From a virus: a DNA stretch of 35,188 nucleotides. The stretch lies in the UHGV virus genome UHGV-0321997, one strand, 5' to 3'. Below are positions 8,209-16,176 of the stretch, piece by piece; position 1 is the stretch's first letter; every line of letters starts with the position of its first letter. The notes under the pieces were generated by a model. That model made no database searches. It had not been told where the DNA came from and saw nothing but the letters and a program-made list of their open reading frames with translations. The position numbers were made by a program, and so were the translations under genes.

Positions 8209-11051
8209 TGGATAACATCAGGATCGCGATTTTAAGCGCGAATAACACACCAGTAGCGTTTATGGACAATCAGCACAAGAAGTCCATGCACTACTGGGGA
8301 GATGAATTGCACGAATACTTACAGGGTGCGGCAAATACTTACACCTTTACGGTGTCCGCAAAGCATCAGGATGCAGAGAATGTTACCGCCGGGAATAAGG
8401 TGGCGTTTATACACAAAGGGAAATCCTACTATCTAAACATCGTAAACACTGAGCAGACAGAGGAGACGATCACAGCTACGGCGTGGTCGTTATCTTTTGA
8501 GCTAATCAACGAGGATGCCGGAGAGTACAAAGCCGGAAAAGCAATGAGCTTTGAGGAGTACCTTGCCGTTTTTGATGCTGAGAGAACACTAAAACTGGGG
8601 CTCAATGAGGTATCAGACAAGAGGATTACCAACGAGTGGACAGGCACAACATCCATACTGAAAAGGCTGTTTTCTTTGGCAAACGTATTTTCTGCCGAAA
8701 TCGAATTTGAAACGGTTTTAAATAAGGACTACTCCTTAAAAGAGATTGTCCTAAATGTATATCGGAAACACTCCGATACAGACAGCGGAGTCGGAGAATA
8801 CCGGAATGACATTGTACTGCGGTACGGGAAAGGAATTACCGGAATCCGTAAGACCACGGATGCAGAAAAGTTATATACATGCATCCAGCCGACCGGAAAG
8901 GACGGTCTGACAATCAATGGTCTTGACAAGAAAGAATACGATGAGAATGGGAATATTGAGTACTTTACAGACGGCGCAATCATCCGGGCACCACAGGCAA
9001 GGGACCGGTTTCCATCCAATATCGTAAATAAGGCTGATGCTTATATCCTGATGCGAAAAGAGTACGATACAGACAGCAAGGACAAGCTCTATAGCATGGC
9101 ACTATCTGACCTTAAAACAGCATCCGAACCAGTAGTGACCTACGAGGTGGATGGATATTTTGACACAAACATCGGGGACACCGTGAGGATGCAGGACCAG
9201 GAGTGGACACCAGTCCTTTATCTACAGGCAAGAGTATCAGAACAGATCAGGAGTCTTACCAATCCAAAAACTGCAAAGACGGTATTTACAAACTACAAAG
9301 AGCTTACATCCGAAATTTCGGATAGCTTGTTGCAGAGGATGGAAGATCTTATCAACAAAAATAAGGTCTACACTTGTTCCATCTCCACCAACAATGGCAT
9401 CATCTTTAAAAATGGTATCGGCAGCACTACTCTGACAGCTTACGCTTACGATAACGGCGTGGACGTCACGGGCAATCTGGAAATCCGGTGGAGTAAAGAC
9501 GGGACAGAGTTTTACGTTGGCAAGAGTGTTACGGTTAATGCAGAGGATGTGGATGTTAAGGCGGTTTACTCATTTACGGCTTACGAAAATGGCGTAAAGC
9601 GTGGGTATTATGAGGTCACAGTGACAGATGTATCGGATGGAGAGCCGGGAAAAGACGGAACAACGTATTACACATGGTTTAAATTTGCCGATGACGAATA
9701 TGGAAATGGAATGTCCAGTAGTCCGGATGGAAAAGAATACTTAGGAATCGCCTACAATAAGGAGACTCCGGTAATGTCCAATAATCCGGAAGATTACCAG
9801 TGGGCAAGGATCACCGGAGAGGGAGTACCAGGAAAGCCCGGAGATGACGGAAAAACTTACTATACGTGGGTGAGATATGCGGATGATGCCAGCGGAAACG
9901 GGATGTCTGACAGCCCGAACGGAAAATATTACATCGGATTTGCCTATAACAAGGAAGTACCGACAGAAAGTAGCAATCCCACAGATTATCAGTGGTCGAA
10001 GTATAAAGGGGATGATGGTCAGGACGGTGTTGGAATCGAATCTATTACAAAGTACTACCTCGCATCCGAAAAGAGTACCGGAATCACAATATCCTCTTCT
10101 GGGTGGAGCACTACGAAGCAGGACATGACGGACGTAAAAAAATATTTGTGGAGCTACGAAGTTTATGCCTACACAAATGGAACCTCGACCAAGACAACCC
10201 CTATTATCATCGGAGTACACGGGCAGAATGGGGCAGACGGGGATTCCGGCATTATCGTGTCTCCAACAGCTCCGGAAAATCCAAAAGCGGGACAGCTCTG
10301 GCAGACTGCAAGCGGAGAGCCGATTAAAAGATGGGACGGCAGTAAGTGGGTGATCTATTACATTTCGGTAGAAAATCTGAATGTAGAGGCGCTAAGTGCG
10401 ATTGCCGCAAACCTCGGAACTGTAACCGCTGGACTTATAAAGAGTCTGGACGAACACTTTTTTATCCAAGTAAATACCGGAGAGATCTACTCCGAGGATG
10501 AAAACGGGATAAACAGCTCTGCGATAAGCAAGGGCGTATTTGTAGCGAATGGGATGGACAGCGGCAGACACACAAGCTTGTCTATATTCCCAACGCAGAT
10601 TGCGCAGTATTTTGACGGAGCCACCATTTCCAACCTTGTTATTTTTAAACGGGACGGTATATTTGTTAAAAGCTCCGAATCATACGAAATAAACATATCT
10701 AAAGCAACAAATTATGACTCCGGAAAAATAAAAGGACCATTCGCCAGCATAAACTCATCCAACTATATACGGGCGGAGCTAATAAGGAGAGGGTGCGTGG
10801 TTACATGTAAAATCACGGCACTTATACAATTTCCAAACACAGGATCGCACGGACCGTTTGACGAATTAAGGATCCCTATAGGATATCGACCAGTCGTAGA
10901 CATAGTAGAGACGTACAGCGAATTGGTTGGTCCGTCAGTTATCGGGACTGGCAGATATTATATCTCAAAAGACGGAGGAATATCCATTGTAACTGGCAAG
11001 ACAGACTACTGTGAGCGCATAAAGGCATTTACATGGATTACGGATGACTAA
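8208..11051 (+). CDS. Tail-associated protein (Tal) / prophage tail endopeptidase-type baseplate protein with a C-terminal receptor-binding extension.
   Basis: 947 aa, directly after Dit. Collagen-like GxxGxxG triplets and two about 47-aa internal repeats (TYYTW..ADD..GNGMS.SP.GK.Y.G.AYNKE.P). No separate fibre gene follows. Confidence 0.7.
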   Translation: MDNIRIAILSANNTPVAFMDNQHKKSMHYWGDELHEYLQGAANTYTFTVSAKHQDAENVTAGNKVAFIHKGKSYYLNIVNTEQTEETITATAWSLSFELINEDAGEYKAGKAMSFEEYLAVFDAERTLKLGLNEVSDKRITNEWTGTTSILKRLFSLANVFSAEIEFETVLNKDYSLKEIVLNVYRKHSDTDSGVGEYRNDIVLRYGKGITGIRKTTDAEKLYTCIQPTGKDGLTINGLDKKEYDENGNIEYFTDGAIIRAPQARDRFPSNIVNKADAYILMRKEYDTDSKDKLYSMALSDLKTASEPVVTYEVDGYFDTNIGDTVRMQDQEWTPVLYLQARVSEQIRSLTNPKTAKTVFTNYKELTSEISDSLLQRMEDLINKNKVYTCSISTNNGIIFKNGIGSTTLTAYAYDNGVDVTGNLEIRWSKDGTEFYVGKSVTVNAEDVDVKAVYSFTAYENGVKRGYYEVTVTDVSDGEPGKDGTTYYTWFKFADDEYGNGMSSSPDGKEYLGIAYNKETPVMSNNPEDYQWARITGEGVPGKPGDDGKTYYTWVRYADDASGNGMSDSPNGKYYIGFAYNKEVPTESSNPTDYQWSKYKGDDGQDGVGIESITKYYLASEKSTGITISSSGWSTTKQDMTDVKKYLWSYEVYAYTNGTSTKTTPIIIGVHGQNGADGDSGIIVSPTAPENPKAGQLWQTASGEPIKRWDGSKWVIYYISVENLNVEALSAIAANLGTVTAGLIKSLDEHFFIQVNTGEIYSEDENGINSSAISKGVFVANGMDSGRHTSLSIFPTQIAQYFDGATISNLVIFKRDGIFVKSSESYEINISKATNYDSGKIKGPFASINSSNYIRAELIRRGCVVTCKITALIQFPNTGSHGPFDELRIPIGYRPVVDIVETYSELVGPSVIGTGRYYISKDGGISIVTGKTDYCERIKAFTWITDD

Positions 11052-11075
11052 AGGAGCGGATATGGAGATTAGGGC

Positions 11076-11100
11076 AAGACCCTCACGGTCTTATTTTTAT
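11076..11100 (+). terminator. Rho-independent terminator after the tail genes.
   Basis: AAGACC-ctcac-GGTCTT hairpin followed by ATTTTTAT. Confidence 0.5.
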
Positions 11101-11124
11101 ACTTAAAAAAACCGGAGGAAAGAC

Positions 11125-11406
11125 ATGACAGAAAATGAAGTAGAAGTGAAACTTGCAGAGCACGGAAAAGAAATCGGCTCATTAAAACACCGAATGAAAG
11201 AAGCGGAGGACGTTGTTAATGTGGTACACCAGCTGGCACAGGAAATGGTTGGGCTGACCAAGGAGGTTGGATTTATGAACCAGACCCTTGTGCAGTTGAC
11301 CGCAAAAGTGACACATCTTGAGCAGACTCCGGCCAAGAGATGGGATGGAGTTGTAACCGCTCTTATTGGAGCTATTATCGGTGCAGTAGCAGCAATGCTT
11401 TTTTAA
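11125..11406 (+). CDS. XhlA-like (hemolysin XhlA family) lysis-associated membrane protein.
   Basis: 93 aa with an N-terminal coiled coil and a single C-terminal hydrophobic helix (ALIGAIIGAVAAMLF). Located directly before the holin. Confidence 0.5.
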   Translation: MTENEVEVKLAEHGKEIGSLKHRMKEAEDVVNVVHQLAQEMVGLTKEVGFMNQTLVQLTAKVTHLEQTPAKRWDGVVTALIGAIIGAVAAMLF

Positions 11407-11418
11407 GGAGGTAGAACC

Positions 11419-11667
11419 ATGAAAAAAATCAATTGGATTGTAAGAATCAAAAACAAGGCTTTCTGGGTGGCACTGATCCCGGCAATCTTACTGTTGATAC
11501 AGGCAATTGCGGCAGTGTTTGGTCTTACCATTGACCTTGGAGACCTTGGAGACAAGTTGTTGACTGTAGTCAATGCGCTGTTTGCAGTGCTGGCAATCCT
11601 TGGTGTAGTGGTAGACCCAACGACACCTGGAACAGGAGATTCGGAGAGGGCACTTACATATAAGTAA
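11419..11667 (+). CDS. Holin, SPP1 holin family.
   Basis: 82 aa with two TM helices. The C-terminal VVDPTTPGTGDSERALTYK matches the SPP1-family holin tail (DPTTKG.SDS..AL.Y). RBS AAGGAGG. Confidence 0.8.
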   Translation: MKKINWIVRIKNKAFWVALIPAILLLIQAIAAVFGLTIDLGDLGDKLLTVVNALFAVLAILGVVVDPTTPGTGDSERALTYK

Positions 11668-11673
11668 ATAGCT

Positions 11674-11704
11674 AGAGAGCTTGGAAACAGGCTCTCTTTT
11701 ATTG
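11674..11704 (+). terminator. Rho-independent terminator after the holin.
   Basis: AGAGAGC-N10-GCTCTCT followed by TTTTATT. Confidence 0.45.
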
Positions 11705-11731
11705 TGCGACATCGCACGAGGAGGTGAGAAC

Positions 11732-11818
11732 ATGAGCGAACAGAACGAATTTGGCAGAACAACAGCAGAAGAACTGGAAAAAGCGTTCGAGACAGAAGAG
11801 CAGGAGGAACAGAAATAA
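11732..11818 (+). CDS. Small acidic sORF (28 aa, MSEQNEFGRTTAEELEKAFETEEQEEQK).
   Basis: Strong RBS AGGAGGTGAGAAC before the ATG. Its stop overlaps the endolysin start (TAATG). Confidence 0.3.
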   Translation: MSEQNEFGRTTAEELEKAFETEEQEEQK

Positions 11819-12624
11819 TGAAAATCGGTTTAAGGGGAGGTCACTCTCCGAATTGTAAGGGTGCAATCGGTCTGATCGATGAGCAGGCAGAAGTGCGGAA
11901 GATCTACAACGAACTTGTACCAATGCTACAGGTAGTCGGTCATACTGTGGTTGATTGTAATTCCAACGCATCCAATGTGTCCAGCGAGTTATCTGACGGA
12001 ACAAATAAGGCGAATAGTGCGGGATGCGATATCTATGTCACCTTGCACATGAATGCGGCTGGAACTCCGTCAGCGGGCGGCACAGAAGTGTGGTTATACG
12101 ATGCAACCAACCAGACCATGAATACGATCGCAAGTAATATCTGCAAAAATTTTGCCGGAAAAGGATTTGCGAATCGTGGAGTTAAATACAGTTCCGGGTA
12201 CCACGATCTGAATGCATCGAACATGCCGGCTATGATCGTGGAGACATTATTCTGCACCGGCACAGATGATGTAGCAAGGTATCGGAATTTAGGCACAAAA
12301 GGAATTGCTGAGCTGATTGCAAAGGCAATCGACAGTAGAGCGTCTGCATGCAGCGAACAAAAAAATAACCAGAATACAGGAATCGAACAGGAAGGAGAAG
12401 AAGAGATGAAATGTTTATTTACAGTAGAGGGAAAAGGTGCAGTGTATTATTTTGACGGTCAAAAAGTAATAACATTGGGTCATCCAGACGAATTAAAAAT
12501 CATCCAGCAGATTTACAAGGACAACAATGGTAAGGACATGCCGTGTTACAAGTGGAGTCCTAAAGCGCCATGGTATGCAAGGCTCATGTCGGTAATTTAC
12601 AGTAAAGAGACCACATCTATCTAA
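11818..12624 (+). CDS. Endolysin, N-acetylmuramoyl-L-alanine amidase (Amidase_3 / MurNAc-LAA) with a C-terminal cell-wall-binding domain.
   Basis: N-terminal KIGLRGGHSPNCKGA...VTLHMNA is typical of Amidase_3 (CwlA-like). Downstream of the holin. Confidence 0.85.
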   Translation: MKIGLRGGHSPNCKGAIGLIDEQAEVRKIYNELVPMLQVVGHTVVDCNSNASNVSSELSDGTNKANSAGCDIYVTLHMNAAGTPSAGGTEVWLYDATNQTMNTIASNICKNFAGKGFANRGVKYSSGYHDLNASNMPAMIVETLFCTGTDDVARYRNLGTKGIAELIAKAIDSRASACSEQKNNQNTGIEQEGEEEMKCLFTVEGKGAVYYFDGQKVITLGHPDELKIIQQIYKDNNGKDMPCYKWSPKAPWYARLMSVIYSKETTSI

Positions 12625-12630
12625 TAAAAT

Positions 12631-12665
12631 CCCCTCGGAGATCAGCTCTCTGAGGGGTGAATATT
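12631..12665 (+). terminator. Hairpin terminator after the endolysin.
   Basis: CCCCTCGGAG-atcagct-CTCTGAGGGG stem. The following U-tract is weak. Confidence 0.4.
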
Positions 12666-12778
12666 GTACCATTTTTACTTCTTTATAATAGGTAGAAAAA
12701 TAATTGTACGCTCTTGAGAAAAGGTTGACCTTTTTGTAACAACCTACAAACACCAGCAAACCCAGTGTTTTCAAGGGT

Positions 12779-14254
12779 TTACGGCATGTAGTAGTAATAA
12801 ACCTTTAACAAGTCCTTATCCTTTTCGTAGATGATTTTTCCTACAACACTCCTGAGCACATCATTCTTGGTTGTCGCATCAACAGAGTCGGAAGAGAGAA
12901 TATCGTACACATTTTTCACCCTTAGCAGCATGTCCTCGTCATCATCTTTGCTGTTGCTTTTTTCTTCCTTGATTTCGGACAGTTGTTTTTCAAGGTGTTG
13001 TTTTTCTTCTTGTACAGCCTGTTTATTTTCCTTGTATTCTTCCATAGTGTCAATCCCGTTCATGTAGGCTTCTTTGATTCTTTGCAGTTTCACATCGATC
13101 TTTTTGATCTGGTCTTCCAGTATGGTTTTTAAGTCCACAGTGTCATCGGTTTTGGCTTCAATCTTTCGGTATGTGATTTTACCGCTATCAAGCACAGTTT
13201 TGATGGATTCCAGTACTGCAGGTTCTAACTTGATTGAGCTGATAGAGTTGTTCGCCATGCATTTCCCCTTTGTGTATCCATAGCACCTAAAATGAGAGTA
13301 CACTCTTGTGTTATTTCTGATCGTGTTTGCAGTCATTGTCCTGCCGCACGCTGGGCACTTAACGACACCAGACAACCAGTGCTTGTATGTGCTTACTGGT
13401 CTCGAACCACGTGGCCTGTATTCTCTCTTGTATCGTTCCTGTGCTTTATCGAATAGCTCCTTGCTTATGATTGCAGGATGTTCCCCATCGGTGACAATCC
13501 ATTCGCTTTCCGGGCGGATTTCGTTGGATTCATTGATTGTCCGATTCCAACGTATCATACCGCAGTAAGTAGGATTCTGCAAGATATATTCGATAGATCG
13601 GCGTTCAAATTCTTTCCCGTGCGAGGTTTTGAAATTATGCATATTTAAAAGCCTAGCAATTTCAAATATGCCTAAGTTTTCGTTCGCATACTTTTCAAAA
13701 ATCAGTTTCACAATTTCCGCTTCTTCGGGAACGATTACCGGAGGTTCCTTATGAGTCACGATCTTATACCCGAGCGGTGGGCGTGCTTGGTATCCACCTC
13801 TTTCTGCCTTCTCCTTCATTCCTCTGGTTACTTCTCCGGAGAGACGAACGGAATAATATTCGTCCATCCACTCGATGATTCGCTCTATCAGAGAGCCAAA
13901 TGGGCCATCTACCAACGGTTCTGACACGCTTATGACATCCACATTGTGCTTCTTTTTGAGAAGAGACTTGTATACGATACTTTCTTCTTGGTTTCTCGCA
14001 AATCGGCTATATTTCCAGACAAGAATGGCATCTGCTGGATGATCTGATGCTTTTGCGAGTCCAATCATTTTTTGGAACTCCGGGCGCTTATCAGCTTTTC
14101 TTCCAGAAATCCCGACCTCGTAAAAAATCTTAGACACCACATACCCGTGACTCTTTGCGTAATCTTTTAACAGCTTTGCTTGGGAATCTGGGGATAATTC
14201 GTCTTGCTTTCCAGTGGATACACGGACGTATCCAAAAGCATATTGCGTTTCCAT
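12779..14254 (-). CDS. Large serine recombinase (serine integrase).
   Basis: N-terminal resolvase catalytic domain (YVRVSTGKQDELSPDSQ). Recombinase domain, a Cys-rich zinc ribbon (CPACG...C...C) and a C-terminal coiled coil. 491 aa. Confidence 0.9.
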   Translation of the reverse strand: METQYAFGYVRVSTGKQDELSPDSQAKLLKDYAKSHGYVVSKIFYEVGISGRKADKRPEFQKMIGLAKASDHPADAILVWKYSRFARNQEESIVYKSLLKKKHNVDVISVSEPLVDGPFGSLIERIIEWMDEYYSVRLSGEVTRGMKEKAERGGYQARPPLGYKIVTHKEPPVIVPEEAEIVKLIFEKYANENLGIFEIARLLNMHNFKTSHGKEFERRSIEYILQNPTYCGMIRWNRTINESNEIRPESEWIVTDGEHPAIISKELFDKAQERYKREYRPRGSRPVSTYKHWLSGVVKCPACGRTMTANTIRNNTRVYSHFRCYGYTKGKCMANNSISSIKLEPAVLESIKTVLDSGKITYRKIEAKTDDTVDLKTILEDQIKKIDVKLQRIKEAYMNGIDTMEEYKENKQAVQEEKQHLEKQLSEIKEEKSNSKDDDEDMLLRVKNVYDILSSDSVDATTKNDVLRSVVGKIIYEKDKDLLKVYYYYMP

Positions 14255-14341
14255 GTTATCATCTCCTTATTTAATTTTATGCAAAAACGAGTACAAAAAT
14301 AACAGCCAGCACATGAACAAATGTTCTGGATTGTGTAGCTG

Positions 14342-14390
14342 TCCCGAAGATGATACAATATTCTTGGCTTCAGATTGCATATCTTCGGAT
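14342..14390. other. Candidate attP core: about 49-bp imperfect inverted repeat just upstream of the integrase gene.
   Basis: TCCCGAAGATGATACAAT...ATTGCATATCTTCGGAT. The outer 10-bp arms match 9/10. Confidence 0.3.
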
Positions 14391-14435
14391 ATGTAGACCG
14401 TCTCAGTGTTGGTAGCACTGGGGCGGTTTTTTATT

Positions 14436-14966
14436 TTATTGCACGGCGATTTTCTGAGTATCCTTCTTGTTGTCAAACGATATCATATCGGATGCTTCGA
14501 TTGTGAGCTCAGTATCACTCTTCAATTTATATACCTGGCATACTTCAACCGTTCCACCCGGCTGCACTTCATTTATAGCGTAATTGTTCATAGAGTCGTT
14601 CTGTTCTGCCATAATTCCCATTTCACACTCGCCACCGTCCTGAAAACACTGTACGTTTGCAGCAATTCCAGCTGTTGCGTTTTCGTCCGAATTATTTGTA
14701 AAGGTATAATAGTAAAGCAGACATTTATTTCCCTCATAATCATTCGCAAATTCATGTCGTACATATTTTACATTAAATTTTTCTGCTGTAAAATCTATGA
14801 TTCCGTCATCCACTGGCTGAGCTTCTTCTTTTGGCTCTTCTTTCTGCTCTGTTGTTGCTTCTGTCGTTGTCTCGGCGTCTTTGGATGGTTCGGCATCCCC
14901 ACCACATGCTGTAATGGATAATGCCATAGCTCCTACTAATAACATTGCTACAATTTTCTTTTTCAT
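14436..14966 (-). CDS. Lipoprotein (signal peptide plus lipobox ITAC), candidate superinfection-exclusion protein.
   Basis: MKKKIVAMLLVGAMALSITAC followed by an acidic Thr/Glu-rich linker and a globular domain. RBS AGAGGAAAA. Located between the integrase and the repressor on the same strand. Confidence 0.6.
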   Translation of the reverse strand: MKKKIVAMLLVGAMALSITACGGDAEPSKDAETTTEATTEQKEEPKEEAQPVDDGIIDFTAEKFNVKYVRHEFANDYEGNKCLLYYYTFTNNSDENATAGIAANVQCFQDGGECEMGIMAEQNDSMNNYAINEVQPGGTVEVCQVYKLKSDTELTIEASDMISFDNKKDTQKIAVQ

Positions 14967-15047
14967 ATTTTCCTCTTTTCTCCTGTACCTCAACACCACT
15001 TTACTCTATATAAACGCCGAAGCGGTTATATCGTATTATTACCATTA

Positions 15048-15079
15048 TTTACCTGTAGTTTCCAGATCTGGAATATACT
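15048..15079 (+). promoter_or_regulatory. Putative promoter with an overlapping perfect 14-bp palindrome TTCCAGATCTGGAA (operator) upstream of the small XRE gene.
   Basis: Palindrome at 15060-15073; -10 TATACT at 15074-15079. A related palindrome GTCCCAGATATGGGAC at 15294-15309 lies just after the gene. Confidence 0.35.
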
Positions 15080-15093
15080 ACAATAAAACCACT

Positions 15094-15291
15094 ATGAAAA
15101 TACTACTCGATAAGATCATGCTTAAGAAAAATCTATCAGTCCGGCAAGTATCCATTGCGACCGGAATATCAAAATCAACGATTAACCGTATTGCAAACGG
15201 TGAAATATCACCGACAGCCGACACGCTGGAATTGCTTGCCAAGGGCTTAAAAGTCCGAATTTCTGACCTTATCGACTCTCCATATCAATAA
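15094..15291 (+). CDS. Small XRE-family HTH regulator (65 aa), Cro-like.
   Basis: HTH LSVRQVSIATGISKSTINRIANGE. No SD; the ATG lies about 14 nt after a TATACT -10 element, so the transcript is leaderless or short-leadered. Confidence 0.65.
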   Translation: MKILLDKIMLKKNLSVRQVSIATGISKSTINRIANGEISPTADTLELLAKGLKVRISDLIDSPYQ

Positions 15292-15395
15292 GTGTCCCAG
15301 ATATGGGACGATTGTCCATTTTCGCGTAAGTTTCCCGATTTTAGATTGTTAACTTAATAGAGAGGTACATAAGTACCAAAAAATAACAGAACAAA

Positions 15396-15461
15396 TGTTC
15401 GAACAAAATATTGATTTTTATCCACTGAAATAGTATTATATGTTCAGGGATTTCGAACATG
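15396..15461 (+). promoter_or_regulatory. Promoter TTGATT-N17-TATTAT flanked by TGTTCGAACA-type palindromic half-sites.
   Basis: -35 at 15411-15416 and -10 at 15434-15439. Perfect 10-bp palindrome TGTTCGAACA at 15396-15405 and TTCGAACATG at 15452-15461. Confidence 0.4.
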
Positions 15462-15487
15462 TGTTTTTGCAGTTAGGGGGATTGCGA

Positions 15488-15586
15488 AATGGACTACAAA
15501 AAACTTATCATCGAATTGGTCAACAAGTCCAACAATATTGAGGTGTTGGAACTTGTGTACCGATTCTGCATAAAGCTTTTAGGCTA
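15488..15586 (+). CDS. sORF (32 aa, MDYKKLIIELVNKSNNIEVLELVYRFCIKLLG).
   Basis: Very strong RBS AGGGGGA 7 nt before the ATG. Dedicated promoter upstream. Followed directly by a terminator hairpin. Confidence 0.35.
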
Positions 15587-15607
15587 GGGGAAACCCTAGT
15601 CTTTTTT
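15581..15607. terminator. Bidirectional-looking terminator between the sORF (+) and the repressor gene (-).
   Basis: CTAGGG-gaaa-CCCTAG hairpin followed by TCTTTTTT. Confidence 0.5.
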
Positions 15608-15979
15608 AATTAAGCTCTCTGCGAGCTTTTCTAGGACATCCCATTCACTTTCATCCAGCTTTGCAAGAGCTTCTACTAATCTTTTTTTAAATGTATCATT
15701 TTCCATTATAAGATCAGCAGCAAAGTCTGTAATCAACTGGTCTCTTGTTAATTGGATAAACATTTCACCGTTTCCGGTTCTTAACCATTCTTCGTTCACA
15801 TTGAACTCTTTACAAATCAACTTATATAAGGATTCTTTTTGATCTGGGCGTTTCAAGCGATCGTATTCTATATTAACAATAACGCTTTCACTGACGCCAA
15901 GCCTTTCTCCAAAAACTCTCCTGGACATACTTAAGTCTTTTCTTAAGATTTCAATTCTTTCTCCTATATTTAATTCCAA
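15596..15979 (-). CDS. cI-like XRE-family repressor (127 aa, HTH only, no peptidase domain).
   Basis: HTH IGERIEILRKDLSMSRRVFGERLGVSESVIVNIE. TTG start with RBS AAAGGAGGA. Divergent from the early operon. Confidence 0.7.
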   Translation of the reverse strand: MELNIGERIEILRKDLSMSRRVFGERLGVSESVIVNIEYDRLKRPDQKESLYKLICKEFNVNEEWLRTGNGEMFIQLTRDQLITDFAADLIMENDTFKKRLVEALAKLDESEWDVLEKLAESLIKKD

Positions 15980-16020
15980 AAGGCTTCCTCCTTTCTGAAA
16001 TCAGTATATCATTATTATAC

Positions 16021-16111
16021 TTGTTAGTCAACAAGAAAAATATTTAATTTTTTTAAAAATCTTATTGACAAACAAAATAAAACGAGTTATGATTTGTTCA
16101 TCAACAAGAAA
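16021..16111 (+). promoter_or_regulatory. Early (lytic) promoter TTGACA-N17-TATGAT flanked by two 18-bp operator repeats (TTGTTnnnnAACAAGAAA).
   Basis: -35 at 16065-16070 and -10 at 16088-16093. TTGTTAGTCAACAAGAAA at 16021-16038 and TTGTTCATCAACAAGAAA at 16094-16111; each contains a TTGTT-N4-AACAA inverted repeat. Confidence 0.55.
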
Positions 16112-16176
16112 GCAACAACACAAACCAAAACAAAAAAACGCTGACCTATCGGCATGACGGGGAAAAAGAAAGCGAG

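Noticed and set aside
12625-12778. Intergenic region between the endolysin and the integrase, as an alternative attP location.
   Set aside because: It contains a terminator hairpin but no obvious about 40-50 bp dyad. The inverted repeat upstream of int at 14342-14390 is the better candidate, so this was noted only as an alternative.
14881-15093. Upstream in-frame extension of the small XRE ORF (track ORF 14881-15291, 136 aa).
   Set aside because: The extension overlaps the lipoprotein gene on the opposite strand and is low-complexity. The HTH domain begins at the internal ATG 15094 right after a -10 box, so the short leaderless form is preferred.
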